NCBI GenBank assembly: GCA_021831785.1
Contig: JAKBMB010000025.1
Span: 2,377 to 66,376, forward strand
Direction of reading: 5' to 3'
DNA length: 64,000 nt
Source of the DNA: Deltaproteobacteria bacterium
GTDB lineage: Bacteria; Desulfobacterota; Binatia; Binatales; Binataceae
Part shown: in pieces, positions 7,747 through 18,732 of the stretch
Layout of the letters: each line of letters opens with the position of its first letter
How positions within the stretch are numbered: position 1 is the stretch's first letter
Notes under the pieces: generated by a model
Seen by the model: only the letters and a program-made list of their open reading frames with translations
What the model was told of the DNA's origin: nothing
Database searches by the model: none
Position numbers and translations under genes: made by a program

Positions 7747-10700
7747 TCGGCGTCCGCCAACTCCGTTTCGTAGCGCTTGATGTCCGCCCAGGCGGGACGG
7801 CGATAGTAGACGCCGCTTAAGCCGCCGCCGACTGCGCCGGAAAGACCACGCAGAAACAGGTAGAGCAGCCCTCCGAAACGCTTCTCGTACTCGCTTGCGC
7901 TCCCGATTTGCAAAAGACGGATAACGGCGACGGCATAAATTTTTATCTGGGACTCATAGTGACGCTTGACGTGCGTCTTGAGCGCTGCCGGCTCGTACGA
8001 CGGTAGAATATCGCTCTTCCAATCGGCCAAGTAGATAAGACCCTGATGCTCGAAGACAAGGTCGACGAAGCCCCTAAAATACACCGGCCGGATTTCCCGT
8101 CCGCCGCCGCTTGCCCCTGGCGACGGCGGACCGGCGAATTCAAAAACCGGGTATAGAAACTCCGTTTCGCGCAGGCTGGCAAGCGTGTACAGCTCGCTTG
8201 CGGTTCGCTGGCCGCTCGCGGCGAAAGAACAACGTAGAGCGCGGTAGACCAGCCACATCGCCGGCTCGGCGGCCGCTTCGTCGATCCCCCAGCGCCGGCG
8301 GATTGCGCGCCGGAAAGTCTCGCGCACGTCCGCGCGGTTCTTCCACGAATCGAGATCCCCGGTTTCGGCCAGCGAGCGCAGGTTTAGTTCCCCTATTGCC
8401 TCGTGGAGAAAGATCCCGACCTCGCGGCTTCCCGCAAGTTCGTGCACAGCTTCGCGAGCCTCGCTCCGGCCCGCAACTTCGAGGCTGCGGTCGAACGCGG
8501 CCACTTGCGGGTCGGCCTCGGCGTAGCGGTTGAGCGAGGTGTAGGAACGCACGGCAAGGGGCGCATGCCGCGCTCTAAGCTCTGCCAGCTTCACGCGCAA
8601 GGCGTAGCGGTTGTCCTCGTCCTCGAGCAGTCTCTGGGGCGGCGACCAGCGCGGGGGTTGCGGGAACCGATCGCTCGCACGGCGGGGGTCCGCGCCCGCA
8701 TCGGAATTTTCAGCCGCGCCGCCGCATCTGTGCGTTTCCGGCGCAGGCCCCTGCGCCGCCGCGCTTGCTCCCGCTCTTGGCGCGCCCGCGCCGTTCTCGT
8801 CTATCGTCGCCCCGCCGGTCGCGCCGGTTCCCGCTGCGGCGTCTTCTTGCGCGCCATCGCCCGCCGCGCCGGGGCGCGCGCCTTCATATTCGAGGACATT
8901 CTCCAGGGCGAAAAGGTCCTCGCGCAGTTGTCCGCCGGAAGCCATGGCGTTGAGGCGCCGGTTGAGGGCTGCGTAGTATCCGGTCGGCGGCTTTTTGAGC
9001 GAGCCGTCCGGAAAAAAAGACAGATAAAGTTTGGCGCATGCGCGCGTGATCGCCACGTAAAGCAAGCGCTGGTCTTCTTCCGTATGCTCTCTACTAAGTG
9101 TGTCTTTAACCAAATCTTTGGCGTATTTGCCGACCGCAAGGCGACATTGGCGCCCTTCGTGGTAACGGCTGATCGGCGAGTCGTCGGGTCGAGCATAGAA
9201 TCCTCCAAACAGCACCACGATTTTTGCTTCGAGGCCTTTGCTCTTATGCACGGTAAGTATCCGCACCGCGGCGCGGGTGCCTTCCGGCCGTTGAAGGTTT
9301 TGCTCGGCCTCGATGGAGGATACGCCGCCGGCGATATAGCCTTGCAGCACAAGGATCAGGTCGCTCAGAGCGAGCTTGTTTGCGGACGACCGTTCGAGCA
9401 GGGTTTCGAACATCTGCTCATAATTGGCCAGCCGGCGGCGGCTTGCGGAAAGCAAAAGCTCGCGCGCGACAAGGCCGCTCTGATGGAGCACGCGGTCGAA
9501 GAGCTCCGCTAACTGCTCCTGTTCGGCGAGCGCGTTCCATTCCAGCAGCGTCTCGTAGAACGGGTCCGCGGAAACTTCGTCGTCCAGGGGAAGCCGGCTT
9601 AAGCTGAGGCCGAAAAACGGCGTGAGATAAGCTTTGAGCCGGCGCGCGCGGGTAGCCGGCCGTTCAACTGCCTTCAATAAGTCGAGGATGTCGCGCGCTT
9701 GATCGGTCTGGAAAAGCCCGTCGAGCTTGTAGAAGGTGAAGGGAACGCCGGCTTCCTGAAGATACGAGCCCGCTTCGACGCTCTCCTGCGCCGTGCGCGT
9801 CAAGACGAAGATTTCCTCGGCCCCTACCCTTCGCGGCGCGTCGTTTCCTTGCCTGATCCTTACTTCGTAGTCGGGGTCGAGGAGGATGCGCCGCAGGTTC
9901 TCGGCGAAGTGCCGGCCGAGCGCTTTGCGGGCGCGGCCCGCCGAGCCGTTCCCTTGTCCTTCGGGCGCGTAGCGCATCAAGCTGACGGGCTTTAGCGGCT
10001 GTCCTCGCCGGTTCACCGCGTGAAAGTCCGGCCGCGCGGACTTTGACGCCACCCGGTAGTTTATTTCACCCGTGAACAGCGGGTTGGCCGCGCTCTGATC
10101 GAGAATTGCGTTCAGCGCATCCACCATGGGCGCCGTCGAGCGGAAATTTTCGTTGAGCGAAAGGCGCGAGGCCTGTCTGCCGGTCAGCTCGTCTACCGCC
10201 GCGAGGTAGGCAAAAACGTCAGCGCCCCTGAAGGCGTAGATCGCCTGCTTAGGATCGCCGATCAGGTAGAGCAGGTTGCCGCCTTTGCTTTCGACAAAGA
10301 TGCGCCGAAGTATCTTCCACTGCAGTTCGTCGGTATCTTGAAACTCGTCGATTAACCCGTAGCGCAGCCGCGCTCGCAGGGCGGGGAGAATTTGCTCGCT
10401 TCGCGGCCCGTCCAGCATGCCCCAGACCCGTCGCAGCATGTCGTCATAGTCCAGAAGCCCTTGCTCGCGCTTATCCTTTTCCAGACGCTCGGCGACCCGG
10501 GGCAAAATGGCGTCGATCGCCCGCACCTCGATCTGAGCAGCGGCTCGCGCCTTTTTCGCCGCGGACAGGAACGCTTTGCCGCTCGACGAGAGCTCCTCGG
10601 GAAACCTTCTCTTGCCGCTGCGCGCTGCGACTCGCCGAGGCTCGAGCAGCGGCGAGAAGTCAAAGCCCGCGAGCTTCTCGGCCAGCGCCTCGACATCCGC

Positions 10701-11417
10701 GCGATTGCCCGCGATGAGCTTTGCGAGATCGTCAAGGGCGCGTATGGCGTTATGCCGAGCTTGCGCTTCCAGCGCCGCCGCGGCGTAGTCCTGCTTGACG
10801 GCATCGATGTCGCGCATTGTCAGCAAGCCTAAAACAGCGGCGCGGTGATCCGCGACCGCGCCGCTTTCAAGATAACGGTGACAGTGCGCCGCAAAGAGCA
10901 GCGCTTCCAACCGCTCCACGCTTCGCTCCGTAAGCCACCCCTCCAGCAAAAGGTTGAAGCGCTTTTCGACGGCGAGATGCTCGCGCAAAAAAGCGCGAAA
11001 TGCTCGATGAAAGGCGCGCCCGCTGTTGGTGACCTCAAGGCTGCGCGGTCCCAGAGAGTCGGGCGAAAACTCGAGCAGCAACTGATGGCAGAACGAGTGA
11101 ATCGTATAGATCGGCGCGAAGCTAAAAGAAACCAGCGCCGATTCGAGCTTGCGCTTTTGAGGCGCGGCCGCCCGCCTGTCCGCCTTGGCGGCCTCGAGCA
11201 ATTGCCGCACTCGTTGGCGCAGCTCGGCCAGCGCCCGCTCCGTGAAGGTCACGGCCAGAATTTGCTCCAACTCGCACGGCGTGGAAAGCAGCAGGTCCGC
11301 GAACAGATGCGCTAGGACGTGCGTTTTGCCCGTGCCGGCGTTGGCTTCGAGCACGCCGTGTTGGTCGCGCGGGAGACCGGACAAGATCGCCGGTTTGTCG
11401 TATAGGCTCTCGGCCAT
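7743..11417 (-). CDS. recB: Exodeoxyribonuclease V beta subunit
   Basis: EANAGTGKT, VTFTE, IDEFQDTD, IGDPKQAIYAFRGAD, TVHKSKGLE, RLLYVAITRA; C-terminal nuclease RGFVDLVF...ADWKS. Confidence 0.95.
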   Translation of the reverse strand: MAESLYDKPAILSGLPRDQHGVLEANAGTGKTHVLAHLFADLLLSTPCELEQILAVTFTERALAELRQRVRQLLEAAKADRRAAAPQKRKLESALVSFSFAPIYTIHSFCHQLLLEFSPDSLGPRSLEVTNSGRAFHRAFRAFLREHLAVEKRFNLLLEGWLTERSVERLEALLFAAHCHRYLESGAVADHRAAVLGLLTMRDIDAVKQDYAAAALEAQARHNAIRALDDLAKLIAGNRADVEALAEKLAGFDFSPLLEPRRVAARSGKRRFPEELSSSGKAFLSAAKKARAAAQIEVRAIDAILPRVAERLEKDKREQGLLDYDDMLRRVWGMLDGPRSEQILPALRARLRYGLIDEFQDTDELQWKILRRIFVESKGGNLLYLIGDPKQAIYAFRGADVFAYLAAVDELTGRQASRLSLNENFRSTAPMVDALNAILDQSAANPLFTGEINYRVASKSARPDFHAVNRRGQPLKPVSLMRYAPEGQGNGSAGRARKALGRHFAENLRRILLDPDYEVRIRQGNDAPRRVGAEEIFVLTRTAQESVEAGSYLQEAGVPFTFYKLDGLFQTDQARDILDLLKAVERPATRARRLKAYLTPFFGLSLSRLPLDDEVSADPFYETLLEWNALAEQEQLAELFDRVLHQSGLVARELLLSASRRRLANYEQMFETLLERSSANKLALSDLILVLQGYIAGGVSSIEAEQNLQRPEGTRAAVRILTVHKSKGLEAKIVVLFGGFYARPDDSPISRYHEGRQCRLAVGKYAKDLVKDTLSREHTEEDQRLLYVAITRACAKLYLSFFPDGSLKKPPTGYYAALNRRLNAMASGGQLREDLFALENVLEYEGARPGAAGDGAQEDAAAGTGATGGATIDENGAGAPRAGASAAAQGPAPETHRCGGAAENSDAGADPRRASDRFPQPPRWSPPQRLLEDEDNRYALRVKLAELRARHAPLAVRSYTSLNRYAEADPQVAAFDRSLEVAGRSEAREAVHELAGSREVGIFLHEAIGELNLRSLAETGDLDSWKNRADVRETFRRAIRRRWGIDEAAAEPAMWLVYRALRCSFAASGQRTASELYTLASLRETEFLYPVFEFAGPPSPGASGGGREIRPVYFRGFVDLVFEHQGLIYLADWKSDILPSYEPAALKTHVKRHYESQIKIYAVAVIRLLQIGSASEYEKRFGGLLYLFLRGLSGAVGGGLSGVYYRRPAWADIKRYETELADAE

Positions 11418-11429
11418 GACGTTCGCCGT

Positions 11430-14400
11430 TCAGATAAAAATCTGACGGAACGGACCGAAGCGGCGTTCGATGATCTCTTGCACCTCGTCGTCCGATTTGG
11501 GCGGAGGGAAGCGTCTCGCGTTTCGCACCGGGCCAGACGCGGAGCTTACGGGTAAGCGCTCGTCTTCTCGCAGCCGCCGGATGATATCGCGCAGGGAGCC
11601 TTGATGCTTCGCGTCGGCGGGGCGCAGATGCGAGAGGACGGCGGCGACGGCTTCGATGGGCAAGAAGTACTCGGCGCGGCCGCTGAGTAGATCGTCTGCC
11701 GAGTCGGTAAGATAAGCGAGCGCCGCTTGCGGAGTCGGCAGCGCCAGCGTTTTTTTGCTCGCCTGCCCTTGGCCGTGCTCCGAGACGGCGATAACGACCG
11801 TCTCGAAGCAGTCCCCATCTAAAACTCCTGCGGCCCTCAGCGCGAGTGCCCAAATAAATGGACCGAGAAAATCTCTTGGCGTGGCGCGGTCGCGCGCTAC
11901 GAGATGCAGCGCGCATCCAAGCGTTGCGGACAGGCGCGAGAGCCGGCCATGAAGGCTCACTGCGACGCTCACCGGCGAGCCGTCGGACCGGCGCAAGGCG
12001 CTGCCGTCGGCGGCCCGGCGCGGTACATTGAGGTGAATCGCAGGCAGGGAGCGGTTCGCGGCCTCGGCAAACTCATCTGCGGGTCCGATTTGGAGGTCTT
12101 GCCACTTGGCGAGGTCCCCTAGATCAGCCTCTCGCGTCAGTCGCAACCATTCTTGCAGCATCGCCAGATCGGCCTGCTGCCGGACCTGCGCGAAAGGACC
12201 GAAGGGCGCCTGTCCTTTGACCTGCTCCAGGCGGAAGCCATCAAGGTAAGCTTTTCTAACCGCATCGGGATCGCCTCGCCCTTGCCAGAATGCGCGGCGC
12301 AATAGCCGGACGCGCTGCGGCCTGGGCTGCGATAGGGGCTCGTTCTCCTCAACCTCGACCGGGTCGTCCTCGGACATGCCAAAGGCGTACATGGCGGTTC
12401 CCTGAATCGGACATTCCAGAAAGCGGCGCAACGCCGCCAGGGGCAGCGAGACCTCGGAAGGCGGGTTAGATGTAGACCTTTCTGCGCGCCAAGCCTCGGG
12501 TAGGCGCAGAGTTCCCCTTAGCTTGTCCCGCTGCTCTTGCGCGAGCAACCCCAGAACCGCGGTCCCTTCGGGCGGCGCGATCCGTCCGTAATGGCGTTCG
12601 AGGTCTTCGCGCAGTGCGCTCAGCCGGGCCGCCTGTCGCGCTTCACTGTCAAAGCTGGCCACCTCGTACCTTTGAGCCGGGATTTCGCTCGCGCTGACAG
12701 GCGCTTGGTCAGGCTGCTGCTCCGCGGGCGATTGCAGGTTGGGAAAGCACTCCAAATCGTAGCGGTTCAGGGGATGGGGAATCGTCATCTGCTCAAGCGC
12801 GGATTGACTCACGTAGCCGCGCAAAATCGATTGTAGCTCGTGCACCACGATGGAAGGCTCCAGCGGGTCGCCGGTATGAGGATCGAGCGAGCCATAGGAG
12901 AGAAACAGGCGGTCGCGCGCCGCGAGCAGCGTTTGAAGGAACCAGTAGCGCTGGCGTTCGGTTAGCGTTGAATCTTCTCTCTCACGCTTGTCGAGACGAA
13001 GGTCACGCCAGTCGAGTCTTTCCCGGTCGGGAAAGGCCGCCCCGCCGAGGCCGAGAAAAAAGATGGCCCTAAAAGGGAGCGCGCGCAGCGCCGAGAGCGG
13101 GCCCACGACCAAGCCGGTGTACGAAAGCTGTCCCCGCGCGGCTTCTATCTCGGCGGCCCGACGCGCCACAAGCCGGCGCGCGATATCGTAGCCGACCGGG
13201 CCGCTCGCCACGCCGTGCGGCGCGATTGACTCAAGCGCGCGCAGGCAGCAATCAAGAACTCGCTCATCGGCGGCGTCTGCGGCTTGAACGTAACTTTTCA
13301 CTAGCCTGATTAGCGTATCCGACCAATCGGCGAGGACCAGTTGCGCGCTCTTGAGCTCAAGCGCGCTGCCCAAGAGCCCGCGGGCGCTGCGGACCAACTT
13401 CGCGACGCTCTCGCCTTCATCCTGCTCAACCTCGAACGGCAGGTAAGCACATCCGTCCTCGGCGTGAAACAATTCGGTGCTGCCGCCGCGTTCGCCGACC
13501 ATGAAGGCCCCCAGCGACAGGCGGCGCAGAGCCTGATCCCAATGGTAGACGTCCTTCGGTATGTAGGTCCCGGCAAAATCACGGGCGTCGGCGCCGAACA
13601 CGATACCCAGCTCTTCGCACCACCGCCGCCATCGCTGGGCGTTCGCTTCCGCGTTAGGGCCGGTTATCGCCGGATGGGTGAGCACGCGGATCACTTCCTC
13701 GCGCGTAAACCGGCTTAAGGGAAGGTCCAACAATAGCCCGAGGACCTCGGCGACGCGGCTTTCGCTAATCAAAGAACGGTTCACAACATTCAGCGGAATC
13801 TGGTACCTCTGCTCGAACAAGGCCTCGATATGCGGCAGATAAACCTCGCGCTGGGAGTCCGGGAAGAGCACGGCTATCTCATGAAACCTAAGTGGCGGCG
13901 AGCCCGGCGCCGTGGCTGCGTCGCTCTCCTGCAGGAACGACCAGACCGCGGTCGCGACGGCCTCGACCTCGCGCCGCGCGCCAGGGCACGCAACAAAGCA
14001 AATGCTTGCGCAGGGCTGCGCCGGCTCGCCATCCGGGACCGGGGGGCGCTCCGGCTCTCCATTCAGGATGCTGTCCTGAAGCGAGCCCAGCAGGCTTTGC
14101 CGGCCGTCGTCCGCGGCCAAAATAAAGTGCGAGTCGAAGTCGTAGCCCGAAAGCTCGTTGAGTAAGCGCGTTAGCTCTCTGCCGGGCCGGGCCCAGAACC
14201 GCAGCGCCGGAGAGTCGCGCTCCGCGCCGGCGCAATCAAGCCCAAGCTTTTCCAGGTCGTTCACGCCGCCGTCATCGGCCTCGGGGTCAGCCTGCACGGC
14301 CGCCGCGCGCAATTCCAGGTCTGCGGCGCGTCCGGCCGCGACGTTCTCCCAGAATTCGCGGCACGGGTTCAAAGCATAGACGCGGAGGTCGCCGGAGGCG

Positions 14401-15161
14401 TTCAGAACCGTCAAGGCGCGCGTCAAGATCGGGTCAGCGTCCGAGCAGCCGAAAAAATGGAGCATGAGCGGCAGCCCGGGCTTGAGCGTCGATGGCTCAA
14501 GCGCATCGAGCGCATCGGGCAAAAGCATGCATCGATGGCTTTGCTCCGCTGCCCATTGCGGGCGTAGCGCTCCGTCGGAGTCGAACAAGGAAAGATAGAG
14601 CCGGCGTTGCCAGCGCTCGAGGCGTCGATAGGGCTCGGTTGTGACGAGCGATCCGGCGCGCCATTTGCGCAGCATCGCGCGGCGCGTGGCGGCATATTCG
14701 TGAAACAAAGTTCCAACCTTAGCGGCCAACTCGAACGTTCTTTTCTCGATCTCTCGGTCGTCCGCCGCAGCGGCGGCGTCGGCGTTGCTGAGCACCAACA
14801 ACTCGGGATCATCTCTAAAAGCAGGCGTGCGCAAGCATTCGAAGACCGCGAGCTGCAAGTCTTGACAGCCGAGCACGCGCAGGCTCGGGTTGAGCCCCTC
14901 GAGGGTCCGCGACAGGTAGCCGCGCAAAGTCGGGAAGTCGAGATTTGCGGCTACGCCCAGCCGTTCGGCAAGCCTAAACCTTACGAAGTGCTCAAGGGCG
15001 CGATAGGATTCAAGCGAGTCGCCGAACGGTCCCGGCACAAATGCGTCCGGCACAACGATAACCACGGTTTCGAGGGGACGCTCGGCCTGCTGCTCGGCAA
15101 CAGCCTGTGCGAGAGGCGCGACCAAGCTCTCCAACCGATTTGCATAGTATAGCCGCATCAT
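11430..15161 (-). CDS. recC: Exodeoxyribonuclease V gamma subunit
   Basis: MRLYYANRLESL start, GVAANLDFP, LNPCREFW, RREVEAV, RALPFRAIFFLGL, FLQTLLAARDRLFLSY; 1243 aa, directly upstream of recB. Confidence 0.93.
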   Translation of the reverse strand: MMRLYYANRLESLVAPLAQAVAEQQAERPLETVVIVVPDAFVPGPFGDSLESYRALEHFVRFRLAERLGVAANLDFPTLRGYLSRTLEGLNPSLRVLGCQDLQLAVFECLRTPAFRDDPELLVLSNADAAAAADDREIEKRTFELAAKVGTLFHEYAATRRAMLRKWRAGSLVTTEPYRRLERWQRRLYLSLFDSDGALRPQWAAEQSHRCMLLPDALDALEPSTLKPGLPLMLHFFGCSDADPILTRALTVLNASGDLRVYALNPCREFWENVAAGRAADLELRAAAVQADPEADDGGVNDLEKLGLDCAGAERDSPALRFWARPGRELTRLLNELSGYDFDSHFILAADDGRQSLLGSLQDSILNGEPERPPVPDGEPAQPCASICFVACPGARREVEAVATAVWSFLQESDAATAPGSPPLRFHEIAVLFPDSQREVYLPHIEALFEQRYQIPLNVVNRSLISESRVAEVLGLLLDLPLSRFTREEVIRVLTHPAITGPNAEANAQRWRRWCEELGIVFGADARDFAGTYIPKDVYHWDQALRRLSLGAFMVGERGGSTELFHAEDGCAYLPFEVEQDEGESVAKLVRSARGLLGSALELKSAQLVLADWSDTLIRLVKSYVQAADAADERVLDCCLRALESIAPHGVASGPVGYDIARRLVARRAAEIEAARGQLSYTGLVVGPLSALRALPFRAIFFLGLGGAAFPDRERLDWRDLRLDKREREDSTLTERQRYWFLQTLLAARDRLFLSYGSLDPHTGDPLEPSIVVHELQSILRGYVSQSALEQMTIPHPLNRYDLECFPNLQSPAEQQPDQAPVSASEIPAQRYEVASFDSEARQAARLSALREDLERHYGRIAPPEGTAVLGLLAQEQRDKLRGTLRLPEAWRAERSTSNPPSEVSLPLAALRRFLECPIQGTAMYAFGMSEDDPVEVEENEPLSQPRPQRVRLLRRAFWQGRGDPDAVRKAYLDGFRLEQVKGQAPFGPFAQVRQQADLAMLQEWLRLTREADLGDLAKWQDLQIGPADEFAEAANRSLPAIHLNVPRRAADGSALRRSDGSPVSVAVSLHGRLSRLSATLGCALHLVARDRATPRDFLGPFIWALALRAAGVLDGDCFETVVIAVSEHGQGQASKKTLALPTPQAALAYLTDSADDLLSGRAEYFLPIEAVAAVLSHLRPADAKHQGSLRDIIRRLREDERLPVSSASGPVRNARRFPPPKSDDEVQEIIERRFGPFRQIFI

Positions 15162-15352
15162 CGCCGCTGTCCCGGTGCCCTAAGAGTTGGCGCGGGCGCG
15201 CCGCGCTCGCAAAGCGAAAGTGGGGAGCCTTGAATCTGCCCAGCTTTCATCACGCGGCCTCAGTTTGTCCGATTGTTCTCTAACATAGTCAACCCGAGCG
15301 TTCCCGGCGAGGTGAAATCAACCGCCCTTAGAGTCAGCCCTCTGGTTAATGC

Positions 15353-16537
15353 TTAGTCGAGCCATCTGTCCCGCACCACGCGGCGCGCCGCCTTGAGTAC
15401 ATGCTCTGGACTGACGTCAAGCATGCAGCGAGACTTCTCGGTAAAAAAACAGGCGTCTGGAATGATGCGCCGATAGCTGTTAATGCACGGGCTGCACGGG
15501 ACTCGAGTGACGTACACAAATGCGGCGCGTTGGCCAACCGGCGCCCAGCACTTCGGCGTATTGGGTCCGAAGATTCCCACTGTCGGCGTTGCCATTGCCG
15601 CTGCAAGGTGCATCAGGCCCGTGTCGGCGCTGATCAACAGGTCGCATCGCTCGACTAGCGCGGCGCTGTGCTGAATCGAGCCAAGTCCTGTCGCGTCAAC
15701 CAACCGCCCGTCGTACAGGGCTTTGAAAGCCTCGGTCAGCGGGCGCTCGGCTTGCTCGCCCGTGAAAACAATCGTGAGACTGTGGTCCCTCGACTTAAAT
15801 CTGCGCGCTAATTCCGCAAAGCGCTCCAGCGGCCAGCGGCGATATTGCGCTCGCGGGCCCACTCCGAGATGCATCGCGACCACGTGACCGGTATCCGAAC
15901 CGATGTTGGCCTGCCACCACTCATCAATGTGTACTGCGGCGGTGGCACTGATCGGAATGGGAAGAATTGAAAGTTCCTTGGGCAGACTGGGATCGATGAT
16001 TCGCCCGAGCTCGTTCATCGCCTGCCACATAGACTCACCCTCGCGCAGGTCGACGGCGTGGCTAAGGAAGAAACGGCGTCGCTCGTCGCCTGGAGGAATG
16101 AATCCGACACGCACCGGTATGCCGCCGGCGTAAAGAAATGCGGCAGTTAGCACGGACACCTGCTCGAAGTCGATCGCCGCGTCGTAGTGAGCGGCTCTGA
16201 TTGCGCGCAGGATACGCGAGGCGGCGGGTAAGCCGTCGGCTCGCGGGTCGTAGCAGAACACGCGCGCGTCGCTCTCACACGTCATGGCTTCGCGTGTGCG
16301 CGCGTCGACCAGCATGTCGATCCGCATCCCCGGATGGCGCGCGCGCAAGTGATCGGCAATCGAGCGCGCCAGGACAGCTTCGCCTATGCCCCCGAACTTA
16401 AGAAAAAGAACACGGCGCGGAATTGTGCTGATTGGAGCGCAAGGCCGTTTGGTCGCACGTCGGGCCAAGTGCGATAGAATCCATTCCAGCGCCGCGTGAA
16501 CCGGGCGGTAGTAAAAGTGCGAGCGATGCGTGGCCAC
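15353..16537 (-). CDS. Glycosyltransferase family 9 (ADP-heptose:LPS heptosyltransferase-like)
   Basis: GGIGEAVL, RRWPLERFAEL, LLISADTGLMHLAAAMATPTVGIFGP, CSPC. Confidence 0.9.
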   Translation of the reverse strand: MATHRSHFYYRPVHAALEWILSHLARRATKRPCAPISTIPRRVLFLKFGGIGEAVLARSIADHLRARHPGMRIDMLVDARTREAMTCESDARVFCYDPRADGLPAASRILRAIRAAHYDAAIDFEQVSVLTAAFLYAGGIPVRVGFIPPGDERRRFFLSHAVDLREGESMWQAMNELGRIIDPSLPKELSILPIPISATAAVHIDEWWQANIGSDTGHVVAMHLGVGPRAQYRRWPLERFAELARRFKSRDHSLTIVFTGEQAERPLTEAFKALYDGRLVDATGLGSIQHSAALVERCDLLISADTGLMHLAAAMATPTVGIFGPNTPKCWAPVGQRAAFVYVTRVPCSPCINSYRRIIPDACFFTEKSRCMLDVSPEHVLKAARRVVRDRWLD

Positions 16538-16605
16538 GGATGAGACTCGCCTTTGTAGGAGTGGTGAGCAGCGCCGCTGCGGTCGTTGGCGTCTGTGGCT
16601 CTCGA

Positions 16606-17547
16606 TCAGATGGCGATGCGCTCGGGATGGGTGTAAATATTGAAGCCGCGCTCGCGCAAAAAACCGACCAGGGTGACGCCCACTTCCTCGGCCAGCTCGA
16701 CTGCCAGCGATGAGGGCGCGGAGACCGCGGCGAGAAGTGGAATTCCGGCCGCCGCCGCCTTCTGTACAATCTCGAAGCTTAAGCGTCCGCTCACCATCAT
16801 CAGAGAGCGCGCAAGCGGCGTAAGGCCGTTTAAAAGCGCGTAGCCGATAACTTTGTCGACCGCGTTGTGACGCCCCACATCTTCACGTAACACTTTAAGT
16901 TTTACGCCGTCGAGCGGCGTCGTTTCCTGGCCCGCGCAGGATCGCGCGCCATTACTGCTCGGCGGGAGGAAGAGCGCCGCCGCATGAAGCCCGCCGGTGG
17001 CGGCAAAGATTTCCTGCGCCTGCCGCATGCGGGCCGAGAGCTTGAGCAGCACCGCCGGTTGAACCCGCATTCGGTCCGTAAGCGGCGCGATGCGCCGCTG
17101 GATCGATTCGATGCTGGTCTTGCCGCACACGCCGCAACTCGAAGAGATGATGAAGTTACGCTTTAGCCGCTCGCGCAAGTGTGCGGCCGGCACGTTCAAC
17201 ACTACGTCAACCACATTTGGTTCAAGCCGGCCCCGGCCGTCTCTGATTCTGCGAATCTCGCCCAATTCGGTAGGAGCGCCGACGAACCCCTCGGTGAAGA
17301 GGAAGCCCGCGGTGAGTTCCTCGTCATGCCCCGGCGTGCGCATCGTGAGCGTGAAGCGACGGCCTCCGAGTCGAATCTCCAAGGGCTCTTCGACCGCCAG
17401 CGTCTCTGACACCGCGCCTTTGATCGCCGGTTGGCCGCCGCCGGAAGCATGCTCGACGATGGCCGAGGGTGAGACGGTGCCCAGACCGCTCGACGGATCG
17501 ATGCGCCATTTGACGGCTTCGCGTCGCTTTATTGCCGCGGCTATCAT
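16606..17547 (-). CDS. fdhD: Formate dehydrogenase sulfurtransferase FdhD
   Basis: AVEEPLEI, MRTPGHDEELTAGFLFTEG, SSCGVCG, TGGLHAAA, REDVGRHNAVDK, SAPSSLA. Confidence 0.95.
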   Translation of the reverse strand: MIAAAIKRREAVKWRIDPSSGLGTVSPSAIVEHASGGGQPAIKGAVSETLAVEEPLEIRLGGRRFTLTMRTPGHDEELTAGFLFTEGFVGAPTELGEIRRIRDGRGRLEPNVVDVVLNVPAAHLRERLKRNFIISSSCGVCGKTSIESIQRRIAPLTDRMRVQPAVLLKLSARMRQAQEIFAATGGLHAAALFLPPSSNGARSCAGQETTPLDGVKLKVLREDVGRHNAVDKVIGYALLNGLTPLARSLMMVSGRLSFEIVQKAAAAGIPLLAAVSAPSSLAVELAEEVGVTLVGFLRERGFNIYTHPERIAI

Positions 17548-17781
17548 CCTGTGCGCCGTTTTCGCATCCTCATCGTGCTCATGCGCGACAAGCTTTTATG
17601 CACGATGCCGTTAAGGCAGCGCGCGGCGAGCACCAGGCCACCTTCCACGACTCCACGCCGTATCAATATTTTGCAATCCACAATAGGCGCCTAAAGCCTT
17701 AAAAGCCCGCTGCTTTTTTATCCTAGGCGAACGGCTTGAACTAAGCCACTGCACCAGGGTCCGGCTCGAACTAAGCCGCGC

Positions 17782-18732
17782 TCACATCCTGAGCAATATC
17801 TTAAAGTTTTGTGCTCGGCGAGCGGCGCCGATCGCCGCTTTTGCGCGCTCGAAGGGCAAAATCGCCGAGATCAGCGGCCGAGGGTCGATTTCGCTGCGCG
17901 CCAGCGCCTTAAGCGCGGGTCTCAAGCGACCGCATCGCGAGCCGATAAGCGTTATTTCATTGATCACCGCGGGGACAAGATTGAGTTTCGCTGACTTTGC
18001 GGTCGTACTCTTGAGGATCACTTTGCCGCGAGGGCGCACAAGCTCAAGCGCGCGCAAGAGGCCCGCGTAGTTGCCGGTGCAGTCGGCCACCACGTCGAAG
18101 CCGGCGGAAAGCTCACCTTCAAGTTTTGCTTTAAGTCCAAGCGAATGCAGGCGAGCGAGCTTTTCCGGATGATGGCCGCCGACCACCGTCTCGTAGCCGC
18201 GGGCGCGAAGCGCAAAGGCGACGATCGCGCCGAGCCGACCATCGCCTAAGACTGCGATACTCTCGCCGCGGCCGATCGAGGTGTTTTCGAAAATCTCGAG
18301 TGCTGCGGCGACCGGCTCGGCAAACACCGCGACCTCGTCCGGCATCGCCTTGGGCACGAGGAGCAGGTTCCCATCGGGTAAGGTAAGGTAATCGGCGAAG
18401 GCGCCGTTGCGCTTTACGATCCCGAGCACGGTGCGCGACGGGCAGTGGCGCGAAAGCCCTGCGCGGCATTGCGCGCACGTCCTGCAGCCGGCGTTGATCT
18501 CGCCCACCACCCGCTTTCCGATAAGCTCGCGCCGCTCGCTCCATACGACCTCGCCGACGAACTCATGGCCGGGGATGCCGGAAAAGCCCATGTAGCCCTG
18601 CATAAGCTCGAGGTCCGTGCCGCAAATTCCGGCCAAACGCACGCGCACCAGACTTTCACCGCGTGGCGGGCGCGGCAAAGGATGGTTGCGGTGCAGAATA
18701 AGGCGTCTCCCGCTAAGCGTAAGCGCGCGCAT
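17782..18732 (-). CDS. Zinc-dependent alcohol dehydrogenase (MDR family)
   Basis: GICGTD, GHEFVG, CxxCxxCx7C structural Zn site, GDGRLG; start at MRALTL. Confidence 0.9.
   Translation of the reverse strand: MRALTLSGRRLILHRNHPLPRPPRGESLVRVRLAGICGTDLELMQGYMGFSGIPGHEFVGEVVWSERRELIGKRVVGEINAGCRTCAQCRAGLSRHCPSRTVLGIVKRNGAFADYLTLPDGNLLLVPKAMPDEVAVFAEPVAAALEIFENTSIGRGESIAVLGDGRLGAIVAFALRARGYETVVGGHHPEKLARLHSLGLKAKLEGELSAGFDVVADCTGNYAGLLRALELVRPRGKVILKSTTAKSAKLNLVPAVINEITLIGSRCGRLRPALKALARSEIDPRPLISAILPFERAKAAIGAARRAQNFKILLRM

Noticed and set aside
5593-15161. Helicase-nuclease cluster as a new defence system
   Set aside because: Motifs and recC-recB-recD order match ordinary RecBCD
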